Part shown: one piece after another, positions 12,455 through 22,223 of the stretch
Numbering within the stretch: position 1 is the stretch's first letter
Layout: every line of letters begins with the position of its first letter
Assembly: GCA_013286365.1 (NCBI GenBank)
Contig: JABDFY010000002.1
Span: 20,062 to 84,061, forward strand
DNA length: 64,000 nt
Direction of reading: 5' to 3'
Origin: Alphaproteobacteria bacterium
Lineage (GTDB): Bacteria; Pseudomonadota; Alphaproteobacteria; UBA9219
Made by a program: the position numbers and the translations under genes
The notes under the pieces: generated by a model
Seen by the model: the letters and a program-made list of their open reading frames with translations, nothing else
Told to the model about the DNA's origin: nothing
Database searches by the model: none

Positions 12455-12525
12455 ACACGCACCTGATCGCCATACCCTGCGGTCAAAGGGAGATTTATTT
12501 TATGGAACATAACTATTTGATATTG

Positions 12526-12903
12526 TTATGAAATTGACTTTACAATTCCACTGCCGATCATGACGGCAATGATTGTGCCCATAACAGAGGCCCCAATATA
12601 AGTCAGCAAAGATGCGTAATCACCCTTCTGCAGCATTAAGGTGGACTCAAGGGAAAAGGCAGAGAAAGTCGTAAAACCACCAAGAAATCCAGTGACCAGC
12701 AGGAGGCGCATCGGATCTGCGCCACTTGCACGCAAAGCCATCAATTCCATGATCACACCAATAAGAAATGCGCCGAGAAGATTTATGCTCAGTGTATGAT
12801 AAGGAAATGAGCTAGTCGTATGTTTGCCTATAACGACGGCCATAGCATATCGGGCAACTGCGCCAGTACCTCCACCAAGAAAAACCAGCAAGATATTATT
12901 CAT
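12526..12903 (-). CDS. crcB: fluoride ion channel CrcB/FluC
   Basis: The ATG at 12903 is preceded by AAGGAGGG. The product MNNILLVFLGGGTGAVARY...GFLGGFTTFSAFSLE is typical CrcB. Confidence 0.9.
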   Translation of the reverse strand: MNNILLVFLGGGTGAVARYAMAVVIGKHTTSSFPYHTLSINLLGAFLIGVIMELMALRASGADPMRLLLVTGFLGGFTTFSAFSLESTLMLQKGDYASLLTYIGASVMGTIIAVMIGSGIVKSIS

Positions 12904-12957
12904 TAAACCCTCCTTGGATAGGCAAGGCATATAGCTGAAGTGGGTGAGATACACAAC

Positions 12958-12983
12958 TTTAGCCACCCCATTTAGCCACCCCA
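12958..12983. repeat. perfect tandem direct repeat, 2 x 13 bp (TTTAGCCACCCCA), in the crcB / GT2 divergent intergenic region
   Basis: Read directly: 12958-12970 is identical to 12971-12983. Confidence 0.9.
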
Positions 12984-13084
12984 GGTCTCTTGGTTTTCAG
13001 CCGTGTCTTTCACTTTTGCGAATTTCCTTATATACCTGGCATTCCCCGCCCTGGGTTGGTGTGGCGGCTGTTGGGATATGTTCA

Positions 13085-14044
13085 ATGGATCAATCACCGC
13101 TAATATCAATTGTAGTTCCTTGTTATGACGAAGAAGCTAACTTGTCTGAATTGTATCGTCGCCTTACCACCGTTCTTCGGGCGATGGATAATAGCGCTAG
13201 CTATGAGATCGTTTTAGTCAATGACGGATCATCTGATCGTACGTGGCCGGTCATTTTATCTTTGATCAATGCCGACAGCCATGTCGTTGGTGTTAATTTG
13301 GCGCACAATCATGGCCATCAGCTTGCTTTGTCGGCTGGGCTAAAAAACTGTAAAGGACAGCGGATTTTTATACTTGATGCCGATTTACAGGATCCCCCCG
13401 AGTTATTGCCCGATATGATGGGACTCATGGATCAGGGCGCCGATGTTGTCTATGGTCAGCGCTTGTCGCGTCGGGGCGAAAACTGGTTCAAAAAAACCAG
13501 CGCAGCCTTATTCTACCGTTGTTTTAATCGCCTGGCCGATGTGCGTCTTCCGCTTGATAGTGGCGATTTTCGCCTCCTCAGTCGTCGTTGTCTTAACATC
13601 CTTAATGCCATGCCCGAGCAGCATCGCTTTATCCGCGGCATGGTCGGCTGGATCGGAATGAAACAGGTGGCACTGCCTTATCACCGGCAGCCACGTTTTG
13701 CCGGCGCTACCAAATATTCCTTTGGTAGAATGCTTCATTTCGCTGCCGATGCCGTAACCGGTTTTTCGATTAAGCCGTTACGGTTGGCCACTTATCTTGG
13801 CGGTTTTTCAGCGTTAGTAGGCATAATTATTCTTGTCTATTCGATCATGAGATGGGTTGAAGGGGATGTCGTGGCCGGTTGGACCAGTCTTATTGCCACC
13901 GTTGTCATTATGGGCAGCACGCAGCTGTTGGTTCTGGGCGTTTTTGGCGAGTATCTTGGACGTCTCTATATCCAAGCAAAACAGCGTCCTTTGTTCGTCG
14001 TTGAATCAATTGTGACGACTCAGGATTTGAAGAAAAACGGTTGA
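13085..14044 (+). CDS. family-2 glycosyltransferase, polyprenyl-phosphate glycosyltransferase type (GtrB/ArnC/DPM1-like)
   Basis: The internal ATG gives MDQSPLISIVVPCYDEEANL. Motifs VNDGSSD and DADLQDPPE are present, with two C-terminal TM segments. Confidence 0.85.
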   Translation: MDQSPLISIVVPCYDEEANLSELYRRLTTVLRAMDNSASYEIVLVNDGSSDRTWPVILSLINADSHVVGVNLAHNHGHQLALSAGLKNCKGQRIFILDADLQDPPELLPDMMGLMDQGADVVYGQRLSRRGENWFKKTSAALFYRCFNRLADVRLPLDSGDFRLLSRRCLNILNAMPEQHRFIRGMVGWIGMKQVALPYHRQPRFAGATKYSFGRMLHFAADAVTGFSIKPLRLATYLGGFSALVGIIILVYSIMRWVEGDVVAGWTSLIATVVIMGSTQLLVLGVFGEYLGRLYIQAKQRPLFVVESIVTTQDLKKNG

Positions 14045-14120
14045 GTTTATTGGACATTATGTCGAAATAGTCTAAATTGCGCCGCTGCCAAGCTTTTATA
14101 ATGTCTTTTTCCGGCCCGTC

Positions 14121-14915
14121 ATGAAACCACAATATGCCAAAATAGCAATGCAGGACATTACGCGTAGTTTACGCCAATTTCCGCTTGCAGCCTTTTTGGC
14201 CTGGGAAGATATCAAACAACGCTATGTTCGCACCATGCTGGGTCCGTTATGGATCGTTTTCAGCACCGGCATCTGGTTCGGAGCCATGGGCTTTGTCATG
14301 GCAAATCTTTTTCATCAAAGCCCGTCGGAATACTTTCCTTTTATGGTTGGCGGTTTGCTGATTTGGATTCTCATTTCAAGTTCAGTTATCGAAAGTTCAC
14401 AAGTCTTGGTCATGTCGGCACCGCTGATTACGTCATTCTCGATCCCGATATTCACTCACTATATCCGTTTTATTTTGCGCAATTATATTATTTTTCTGCA
14501 CAACGTGCTCATACTTGCCATTGTTCTACTCATTTATCCGCCTCAGGTTACGGCGGCGACTTGGTTGGTAATACCTGGGTTACTGCTCAATCTATTCATT
14601 CTTATGAGCGGCGCAATATTTCTATCACTAGCTAATCTGCGCTACCGAGATACACACCTAGCTGTTGCCAGCGCCCTTCAGGTGCTGCCCTTTGTGACAC
14701 CAATCTTTTGGAACAGAGGCATGCTCCAGAATCACAAATGGATCGCGGACATCAATCCATTTTACCATATGATCGAAATCGTGCGCCAACCGATACTTGG
14801 GCAGTTACCGTCCACGCTATCTTGGATTTACACCGGTGTTCTGGCTGTAGGTTCATTTGTTGTAGCGTGCGTGCTGTTCATCCGGTATCGCCATCGAATT
14901 ATTTTTTGGCTTTAG
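14121..14915 (+). CDS. wzm: ABC-2 type polysaccharide export permease (Wzm-like)
   Basis: Six-TM ABC-2 layout (LAWEDIKQRYVRTMLGPLWI...). It lies directly upstream of the matching ATPase. Confidence 0.85.
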   Translation: MKPQYAKIAMQDITRSLRQFPLAAFLAWEDIKQRYVRTMLGPLWIVFSTGIWFGAMGFVMANLFHQSPSEYFPFMVGGLLIWILISSSVIESSQVLVMSAPLITSFSIPIFTHYIRFILRNYIIFLHNVLILAIVLLIYPPQVTAATWLVIPGLLLNLFILMSGAIFLSLANLRYRDTHLAVASALQVLPFVTPIFWNRGMLQNHKWIADINPFYHMIEIVRQPILGQLPSTLSWIYTGVLAVGSFVVACVLFIRYRHRIIFWL

Positions 14916-14922
14916 GAAATAT

Positions 14923-15672
14923 ATGTCACACATCGTAGTTCACAACGTAAATGTTCATTATCCTATTTTGCAGGATCATTATATGTCGATCCGCCGCGCC
15001 ATGTTGCGGGTAATCACAGGGGGGCGGCTCTATCGTCAGGACAAGGATACAAAACTGGTCCACGCACTTAAAGATGTCTGTTTTGAACTTAGAGACGGCG
15101 ACCGTGTTGGGCTGGTGGGACGTAATGGTGCTGGCAAATCAACGCTCTTAAAAACGATCGGCGGGTTTATTTTACCTGATAATGGAAATTTACATGTCAG
15201 TGGTGTTGTGACGTCATTATTTAGTGTCAATGGCGGTATGGATATCGAGCGCAGTGGTTACGATAATGTTTTCCTTATGGGGAGACTGTTGGGTATCCAT
15301 CGCAAAGAAATGATCAAGCATCTTGCTGATATAGCCGAGTTCTCTGAACTCGGGCACTTCTTAAAAATGCCGGTGCGGGCCTATTCAGATGGTATGAAAG
15401 TTAGATTGGGTGTTGCTATCGTCACTTGTATTCATCCAGATATCCTCATCCTTGATGAGGCTATTGGTGCTGGGGATGCACACTTTATCGAAAAAACGAC
15501 CCAGCGCGCACAGAAACTCTACGAACGCGCCAACATCATGATTATGGCGTCGCACGATCCAGTGATCCTTAGGCGATTATGCAATAAGGCCATTTGGCTT
15601 GATCAGGGCAAGGTTATCAAAACAGGTCCTGTTGAAGAGGTTATCGAGGCTTATACAACCGCAACTCTCTAA
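14923..15672 (+). CDS. wzt: ABC polysaccharide export ATP-binding protein (Wzt-like, nucleotide-binding domain only)
   Basis: Walker A GRNGAGKST, signature YSDGMKVRL, Walker B ILILDEA. At 249 aa it has no C-terminal carbohydrate-binding extension. Confidence 0.85.
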   Translation: MSHIVVHNVNVHYPILQDHYMSIRRAMLRVITGGRLYRQDKDTKLVHALKDVCFELRDGDRVGLVGRNGAGKSTLLKTIGGFILPDNGNLHVSGVVTSLFSVNGGMDIERSGYDNVFLMGRLLGIHRKEMIKHLADIAEFSELGHFLKMPVRAYSDGMKVRLGVAIVTCIHPDILILDEAIGAGDAHFIEKTTQRAQKLYERANIMIMASHDPVILRRLCNKAIWLDQGKVIKTGPVEEVIEAYTTATL

Positions 15673-15875
15673 GCCTACCGACAAGCCCACCGGACAGCTT
15701 AAAAATATATATAAAACAATTAGTTAACTGGCATCGCAGTGGTGACAACAAGCGGCCAGTTTGTTATGGACTTCTGTCGCTCTTATAGCCTAATTTTCGG
15801 CCAGGTTTTTAAAGCCACAATCGCCAAATATCCCGGTAAGCCGTAAAACTATAAAAATCCCAAGGCGCCCGCTTT

Positions 15876-16808
15876 ATGGAAATATCACTCGTCGTTCCCG
15901 TATATAAAGAAGAGAAGAATATTCGCCCGTTTCTCGATCGCGTCGAGAAGGTTTTTCAGGGCATGAAAATAAGTTATGAAATTATTTTTGCCCTTGACCC
16001 TTCGCCTGATCACACTGAGGAAGTTATTCTCGAAGAAATCAATCGGAATCCTTCGATTAAATTATTAATCTTCTCTCGACGTTTTGGTCAACCGGCAGCG
16101 ACGATGGGGGGCATTTTGAGCAGCCAGGGCGACACTTGCATTGTAATTGACGTCGATTTGCAAGATCCACCAGAACTAATTGTTGATCTATATGCGAAAT
16201 TGAAGGACGGCTATGAAGTTGTTTATGCTAAGCGCCGGTCGCGCAAGGGCGAAACATTAGTCAAACGCATTATCTCCCATTTTGGTTACTCACTCATCAA
16301 TCAGCTCAGTGATGTGAAGATCCCCCGTAACACGGGTGATTTCCGTATTATGACCAGGCGTGTCATTGAAGAATTAAGAAGACTTAACGAATCGCATGGT
16401 TTTTTGCGTGGCCTGATTGCCTATGTGGGCTTTAAACAGACATTTTTGGAATATGATCGTGATCAGCGGTATTCTGGTGCTGGCAATTACAATCGCTTAA
16501 CCGGTTCGCTCAAGATTGGACTAAACGGTCTCATCAGCTTCAGTAGTCGCCCGCTACAGTTTATGTCGATCGGCGGCAGCATTTTGGCTGGTTTCAGTTT
16601 TCTTCTGGGCGGATGGTATGTACTGCAAAAATTGATCGGTATGAATCTTACGCCGGGTTTGTCAACGACAGTGCTGGTTGTCACATTCTTCTCCGGTGTA
16701 CAGTTGTTGGCCTTAGGTTTGATGGGTGAATATATCGGACGCATCTATGACGAAGTTAAAAATAGGCCAATGTATATTGTCGATAAGAAAGTAAACTTTG
16801 ATGGTTGA
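15876..16808 (+). CDS. family-2 glycosyltransferase, GtrB/DPM1-like (second copy)
   Basis: MEISLVVPVYKEEKNI, then DVDLQDPPE, with two C-terminal TM segments. It is a paralog of 13085-14044. Confidence 0.85.
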   Translation: MEISLVVPVYKEEKNIRPFLDRVEKVFQGMKISYEIIFALDPSPDHTEEVILEEINRNPSIKLLIFSRRFGQPAATMGGILSSQGDTCIVIDVDLQDPPELIVDLYAKLKDGYEVVYAKRRSRKGETLVKRIISHFGYSLINQLSDVKIPRNTGDFRIMTRRVIEELRRLNESHGFLRGLIAYVGFKQTFLEYDRDQRYSGAGNYNRLTGSLKIGLNGLISFSSRPLQFMSIGGSILAGFSFLLGGWYVLQKLIGMNLTPGLSTTVLVVTFFSGVQLLALGLMGEYIGRIYDEVKNRPMYIVDKKVNFDG

Positions 16809-17694
16809 CTTTCCCAGGCTCCCAAACGGCGATAAGCCGGTCTGGGATGGCAGAAATTTCAGAATGTCCGATCGCAACGCCAGCGTTATCACTTATTCTT
16901 CAAATTTGGATGGATGGGACGACGATCTGACGGAATTACACGAAGCCGAAGCCGGAGATGGTCAGCACCCCATTGATATCGCTTCGAGAAATAATGTTTT
17001 ACAAACGCTGAAAAAATTCGGATTTCCCAGCACGGGCTGTCTGCTTGAGGTTGGCTGTTCTTCGGGTTTTATGTTGCGGGATTTGAAACGGGAGTTTCCT
17101 AAAGCCCAAATTGTTGGCAGCGATATTCTAACCCGGGCACTTGAGCGTTTGGCCGAAACGCTGCCCGGCGTTCCTCTGTTGCAAATGGACTTAGTCGATT
17201 GTCCGTTGGCCGAGGGACAGTACGATGCGGTTGTCGCCATCAACGTACTCGAGCATATAGAAAATGATGTCACTGCACTTCAGCAGATAGCACGCGTTTT
17301 AAAACCTGGAGGTTTAGCTATAATCGAGGTTCCGCAGGGACCAGGGCTCTATGACTACTATGACCACTATTTGCGTCATTTTAGACGCTACGATAAAAGT
17401 GAGCTCGTTGCCAAAATTAAGCAAAGCGGATTGAAAGTTGAAAAGATTGGATTCATAGGGTTTTTTATATTTTTGCCATTTATGGTCGTCAAGAAACTAA
17501 ATCGTTTGCGCTATGGCACGCACGGTGAAAAATCAACTAACATCCAAAAAATGGTCCGCAATCAAATACAAAATACTTTTCATAGCCGTGTTTTGGCGTG
17601 GGCCTTGCAGGCAGATCAAGTGCTGGGAAATTTTTTTGGCTTTCCCATCGGCATTCGTTGTGTAACCGTAGCGCGCAAGCCAAGACAAACCTGA
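16801..17694 (+). CDS. class I SAM-dependent methyltransferase
   Basis: Motif I LLEVGCSSGF and LKPGGLAIIEVP. A hydrophobic segment lies near the C-terminus. Confidence 0.75.
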   Translation: MVDFPRLPNGDKPVWDGRNFRMSDRNASVITYSSNLDGWDDDLTELHEAEAGDGQHPIDIASRNNVLQTLKKFGFPSTGCLLEVGCSSGFMLRDLKREFPKAQIVGSDILTRALERLAETLPGVPLLQMDLVDCPLAEGQYDAVVAINVLEHIENDVTALQQIARVLKPGGLAIIEVPQGPGLYDYYDHYLRHFRRYDKSELVAKIKQSGLKVEKIGFIGFFIFLPFMVVKKLNRLRYGTHGEKSTNIQKMVRNQIQNTFHSRVLAWALQADQVLGNFFGFPIGIRCVTVARKPRQT

Positions 17695-17738
17695 TTTTTT
17701 TGCGCCGTATATCCCGATGAATTGATAGGAATAAAATT

Positions 17739-18122
17739 ATGAAAGTGCATTCGTCGTTGGTTATTCGATATGCCATTGTGGGAGTAGCCAACACGTTGCT
17801 TTATGGTCTGGCTATTTGGCTATTTTTACACTTGAATTTGTTTCCATTGCCCGTCTCTTCCACGATTGCCTTTCTTTTTTCAATGATTTTCCAGTATTTG
17901 TCGAACAGGGCATTTACTTTTCGCTCGCGCAATCCTATGGCAAGTGAGGTTAAAAAATACCTCGTTACTTCGGTAATTACTTATGTTTTGTCTTCGAGCC
18001 TGATCTGGCTATTTGTTGACCGGCTAAATGCTCCACCATCGCTGACGGCAGCTGCAGTTGCGGGTATAACGGCTACAACAGGCTTTCTCCTTTCTCATTT
18101 CTGGGTCTTTCGCCAATGTTGA
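17739..18122 (+). CDS. GtrA-family membrane protein
   Basis: 127 aa, four TM segments, N-terminus VIRYAIVGVANTLLYGLAIW and SNRAFTFRS, both typical of GtrA. Confidence 0.8.
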   Translation: MKVHSSLVIRYAIVGVANTLLYGLAIWLFLHLNLFPLPVSSTIAFLFSMIFQYLSNRAFTFRSRNPMASEVKKYLVTSVITYVLSSSLIWLFVDRLNAPPSLTAAAVAGITATTGFLLSHFWVFRQC

Positions 18123-19084
18123 ATTTAAAATCAGTCGCCATCACAGGATGCGCAGGTTTCATTGGCAGTAGCATGGTTGACCGACTGCTTGGTATGGGAT
18201 GTCGTGTCACGGGTATCGATAACTTTTCAACGGGGCAAAAACGGTTTCTTGAGAGTGCATTAAAGCACAGTTCATTTCGACTGGTTGAAGGCGATGTGCT
18301 TGACTTGCAAATGTTAACGCGAGCAATCGCAGATTGCGAACTGGTCTTTCATTTTGCTGCCAACGCTGATGTTCGCTTTGGTACGGAGCACCCTCGCAAA
18401 GATCTGGAGCAAAACACCATCGCCACTTATAATGTCTTGGAAGCTATGCGTGCGCATAATATTAAACGGATTTGTTTCTCATCGACAGGTTCGGTCTATG
18501 GAGAGGCAAAAGTCTTTCCAACTCCGGAAGACAGCCCGTTTCCCATACAAACCTCTCTCTACGGGGCGTCCAAATTAGCAGGTGAAGGCTTAATTGCGGC
18601 TTATTCCGAGGGATTTGGCATTCAATCCTGGGTTTTTCGTTTTGTCTCGATCTTGGGCGAGCGCTATTCGCATGGTCATGTGTTCGATTTCTATAAGCAG
18701 CTAAAAGCTGATCCAAGCCAGCTACGCGTATTGGGCAACGGCAAGCAGCGCAAATCGTACCTCTATGTGCAAGATTGTCTGGATGCCATCCTTTTAGCCA
18801 TCGAATCTGCGCGCGACAAAATCAATATTTTTAACTTGGGTGTCGATGATTGTTGCGAGGTCAACAATTCTATCGCTTGGATCAGTGAAGCTCTCAGCCT
18901 ATCACCGCAAATCATTTATGCAGGCGGAGACCGCGGCTGGGTTGGCGACAATCCCTTTATTTTCCTTGATACAAAAAGAATTCAAGCCCTTGGTTGGAAG
19001 CCGAAGCTAACTATTCGCGACGGTATTGTACGCACACTAAATTGGCTGCGTGATAATGGTTGGATATTGGAGCAAGTAAAATGA
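18116..19084 (+). CDS. NAD-dependent nucleotide-sugar epimerase/dehydratase (extended SDR)
   Basis: GCAGFIGS Rossmann motif and YGASK catalytic motif. Substrate cannot be determined. Confidence 0.75.
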   Translation: MLNLKSVAITGCAGFIGSSMVDRLLGMGCRVTGIDNFSTGQKRFLESALKHSSFRLVEGDVLDLQMLTRAIADCELVFHFAANADVRFGTEHPRKDLEQNTIATYNVLEAMRAHNIKRICFSSTGSVYGEAKVFPTPEDSPFPIQTSLYGASKLAGEGLIAAYSEGFGIQSWVFRFVSILGERYSHGHVFDFYKQLKADPSQLRVLGNGKQRKSYLYVQDCLDAILLAIESARDKINIFNLGVDDCCEVNNSIAWISEALSLSPQIIYAGGDRGWVGDNPFIFLDTKRIQALGWKPKLTIRDGIVRTLNWLRDNGWILEQVK

Positions 19085-20364
19085 AGGTTGCAGTTCTGGG
19101 TCTTTGGCATCTGGGTTCAGTAACGGCGGCATGTTTGGCCGACGCGGGATTTGATGTCGTTGGCATCGATGATAATGCGGACGTCATCCGTGACTTAAAC
19201 AATGGCCAACCGGCGTTGTTTGAGCCCGGCCTCGGAGAACTTGTCGTCAAAGGAATAAAATCAAGAAAGCTAGATTTTACAACCGACTTTGCCGCAGTTA
19301 CAAATTGCGATCTTGTCTGGGTAACTTACGATACGCCAGTCGACGATGACGATGTCGCTGATGTCGCTTGGGTGATAGAACGCATTGAGCGGCTTTTTGT
19401 GCATCTCAAAGAAAACTCGGTTGTCCTGATTTCTTCTCAGTTGCAGGCCGGAACCACAAAGATGGTCGCGGAAGAGTTCTCTCAACGATGCAGCGGCCGC
19501 AAAGTTCATTTTGCTTATTCGCCGGAAAACCTTCGTCTTGGACAAGCGATTAAGGTATTTACTCAACCGGGCCGCATTATCATAGGTACATTTGACGCTC
19601 AACCACGCGCTCTTCTGGAAACGGTTTTAGGAAAATTTTGTGATACACTTTTGTGGATGAGTGTGACATCCGCCGAAATGGTCAAGCATGGCTTGAATGC
19701 GTTTCTTGCCACATGCGTTACATTCGCCAATGAACTCGCGACTATATGCGAGTTGGTAGGCGCCAATGCCATTGATGTTGAGCGCGGCTTACGCTCCGAT
19801 CCCAGGATCGGCAGAAGTGCCTATATTCGGCCTGGCGGCGCTTTTGCAGGTGGAACTCTCGCGCGCGATGTAAGCTTTCTCAATCATCTTGCATCAGACC
19901 GTGGCGGCAAAATACCTTTATTGGGCGCTATTCTTGGCAGCAACGCTGAGCATCGTGTTTGGCCGTTTCGCCAGATATGCAGCCGGCTAAAGCCAAAAGA
20001 CGGTCCAGTTGTTGTTCTCGGCTTATCTTACAAACCAGGCACCGATGCCATCCGCCGCTCCTCGGCAATAGAACTTTGTCGCTCATTACTTTCTGCAAAC
20101 TATAATGTGCGCGCTGTGGATCCAGTTGTGCGGACCTTACCGCCTGATTTGGCGGAACAAATTGAGATTAAGTCTTCTGCGCTTGATGTCTTGCAGGGGG
20201 CGGCGGTTGCTGTTGTCGCTACAGAATGGCCGGAATTTTTGGCGTTGCAGAAAGCAGATATATCGAGATTTATGTCAAGACCTCTCATTATAGATCCAAC
20301 ATGTTTTCTGGCTCGCAACCTCGATACCGATGGTATTGAATATATAACCGTGGGTAGGGGCTGA
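19081..20364 (+). CDS. nucleotide-sugar dehydrogenase (UDP-glucose/GDP-mannose dehydrogenase family)
   Basis: MKVAVLGLWHLGSVTAACLA N-terminus; central and C-terminal UDPG_MGDP_dh domains are recognisable. Confidence 0.8.
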   Translation: MKVAVLGLWHLGSVTAACLADAGFDVVGIDDNADVIRDLNNGQPALFEPGLGELVVKGIKSRKLDFTTDFAAVTNCDLVWVTYDTPVDDDDVADVAWVIERIERLFVHLKENSVVLISSQLQAGTTKMVAEEFSQRCSGRKVHFAYSPENLRLGQAIKVFTQPGRIIIGTFDAQPRALLETVLGKFCDTLLWMSVTSAEMVKHGLNAFLATCVTFANELATICELVGANAIDVERGLRSDPRIGRSAYIRPGGAFAGGTLARDVSFLNHLASDRGGKIPLLGAILGSNAEHRVWPFRQICSRLKPKDGPVVVLGLSYKPGTDAIRRSSAIELCRSLLSANYNVRAVDPVVRTLPPDLAEQIEIKSSALDVLQGAAVAVVATEWPEFLALQKADISRFMSRPLIIDPTCFLARNLDTDGIEYITVGRG

Positions 20365-21230
20365 TGAAACTCAAAGGACGTTACGCCATTATTACCGGCG
20401 CCGGACAAGGACTTGGTGCTTCTATTGCCGAGCACTATGCAGCGGCTGGCGCTTCGATGTATTTATGCGGGCGAAATCTTGACAAACTCGAAAGTTTGCA
20501 GAAAAAACTGTCGTTAAGTCTGGTAGATGGTCAGCGTATTCTGATTAGCCGATGTGATGTGGCCATACCGGCCGAAGTTGATGCGCTGGTATCGCAAGCA
20601 ATAGCGGCCTTTAGCCGCATTGACATATTAGTCAATAACGCCGGTGTTTACGGGCCTTTTGGCGCCATAGAAGAGATTAATTGGCAGGAATGGGTTGAGG
20701 CTATCACCATCAACCTCATGGGCACAGTCTATCCTAGCCGAGCCGTAGTTCCCCATATGAGAAAGCAAGGCTACGGGAAAATAATAAATTTATCGGGCGG
20801 CGGTGCTACTAATCCATTACCGAGGGTCAGTGCTTATGCAGCTGCAAAAGCAGCCGTTGTTCGCTTTGGCGAAACATTGGCACTTGAACTTGCTAGTCAT
20901 AAAATAGATGTGAATTCAGTGGCGCCGGGGGCCCTTAACACGCACATGATGGACCAACTTATAGCCGCCGGTCCCGAGCGCGTTGGTGAGGCCTTCTTTC
21001 AGCGCATGCTCAAAATAAAACAAGAAGGTGGTACACCGCTTGAAACCGGGGCAAAGCTTTGTGTATGGCTGGCTAGTTCGGCAAGCGATGGGATTACGGG
21101 ACGGCTCATTTCAGCGGTTTGGGATAAGTGGGAAGAAATGCCGCAGCACTTGGATGACCTCAATACTAGCGACATCTATACCTTGCGGCGCATCGTGCCC
21201 AAGGACCGCGGCAAAGACTGGGGAGGATAA
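20364..21230 (+). CDS. SDR-family oxidoreductase
   Basis: TGAGQGLG, NNAG and YAAAK motifs. TGATG overlap with the upstream gene. Confidence 0.8.
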   Translation: MKLKGRYAIITGAGQGLGASIAEHYAAAGASMYLCGRNLDKLESLQKKLSLSLVDGQRILISRCDVAIPAEVDALVSQAIAAFSRIDILVNNAGVYGPFGAIEEINWQEWVEAITINLMGTVYPSRAVVPHMRKQGYGKIINLSGGGATNPLPRVSAYAAAKAAVVRFGETLALELASHKIDVNSVAPGALNTHMMDQLIAAGPERVGEAFFQRMLKIKQEGGTPLETGAKLCVWLASSASDGITGRLISAVWDKWEEMPQHLDDLNTSDIYTLRRIVPKDRGKDWGG

Positions 21231-21233
21231 TTC

Positions 21234-22223
21234 GTGAACACCGTCATTATCGGCTGCGGGCTTATTGGCCAAAAACGAGCGAAAACTTTACAAGGTTGCC
21301 ACCTTATCGCTTGTGTCGATACAGAAATTAGGCGCGCCGAACAGTTGGCCAAAAATCATGACGGCTGTATTGCTTTGGCAGATTGGCGTCAGGCCATTGA
21401 ACGAAAAGACGTTTCGTTTGTCATTATTGCTACGACACATAACATGCTTGCCAATATTGTTCGCGGTTGTATAGAGGCCGGTAAACACGTTTTAGTCGAA
21501 AAGCCGGCCGCACGACATGTGAATGAACTAAAAGATCTATGCGCCTTGGCAAATGAAAAAAAAGTACTTGTCCGCGTCGGGTTCAATCATCGCTATCATC
21601 GCGCCTTTCAGAAGGCCAGGGAAGTCGTGGATTCTGGCGCCCTTGGACCACTTATGTTTCTACGCGCCCGCTACGGCCATGGCGGTCGGATAGGCTATGA
21701 CAAAGAATGGCGCGCTAATCCGCAGCTTTCGGGTGGTGGTGAACTCATCGACCAGGGCGTTCACCTGATTGACTTATCGCGCTGGTTTCTTGGAGACTTT
21801 ACTGAAGTAGACGGTTTTGCTCGAACTTATTTCTGGAATATGCCGGTTGACGATAATGGTTTTATGCTTTTGAAAACGGCGAAAAAACAGGCGGCTTTCT
21901 TGCACGCTAGCTGCACGGAATGGAAAAACACATTTTCTTGGGAGCTTTATGGCCGAGACGGCAAGCTTCAAGTCGACGGTTTAGGCGGTAGCTATGGTGT
22001 CGAGCGGCTCACTTGGTACAAAATGCTTCCACAAATGGGGCCACCAGAAACGACGTCTTGGGAATACCCTACAGAAGACAATTCATGGGCCGTGGAAATG
22101 GCAGAATTTCTCGAAGATATCAGACTTGCACGCCAACCCGCCGCTGGGTTAACAGATGCCCTGCGAGCCATGGAAGTTGTCGACACTATATATAGAAAGT
22201 CGGGTTATGATTATAGCGCGTAG
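21234..22223 (+). CDS. Gfo/Idh/MocA-family oxidoreductase
   Basis: GTG start after GGGGAGGA. VIIGCGLIGQKR and EKPAA motifs. Confidence 0.8.
   Translation: MNTVIIGCGLIGQKRAKTLQGCHLIACVDTEIRRAEQLAKNHDGCIALADWRQAIERKDVSFVIIATTHNMLANIVRGCIEAGKHVLVEKPAARHVNELKDLCALANEKKVLVRVGFNHRYHRAFQKAREVVDSGALGPLMFLRARYGHGGRIGYDKEWRANPQLSGGGELIDQGVHLIDLSRWFLGDFTEVDGFARTYFWNMPVDDNGFMLLKTAKKQAAFLHASCTEWKNTFSWELYGRDGKLQVDGLGGSYGVERLTWYKMLPQMGPPETTSWEYPTEDNSWAVEMAEFLEDIRLARQPAAGLTDALRAMEVVDTIYRKSGYDYSA

Noticed and set aside
12944-13084. The N-terminal 47-aa extension of the GT2 ORF as given in the track (start at 12944).
   Set aside because: The extension overlaps the crcB upstream region and has no GT2 homology. 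The internal ATG at 13085 gives the canonical MDQSPLISIVVPCYDE N-terminus.
12904-13084. A fluoride (crcB-motif) riboswitch upstream of crcB.
   Set aside because: I could not find the conserved core by eye on the minus strand. It needs a covariance-model scan, so it is reported as a finding rather than a feature.
21556-21563. Homopolymeric tracts as phase-variation switches in glycan genes (A8 at 21556-21563; A7 or T7 runs elsewhere, for example 13490s, 27009-27015, 27561-27567).
   Set aside because: The longest run is 8 nt and most are 7 nt or shorter. That is below the length usually associated with slipped-strand phase variation, and no frameshifted genes were seen.
21984-21991. The ops/JUMPstart-like octamer GGCGGTAG.
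   Set aside because: It lies inside the Gfo/Idh/MocA CDS rather than in a leader region. An 8-mer is expected about twice by chance in 64 kb on two strands.
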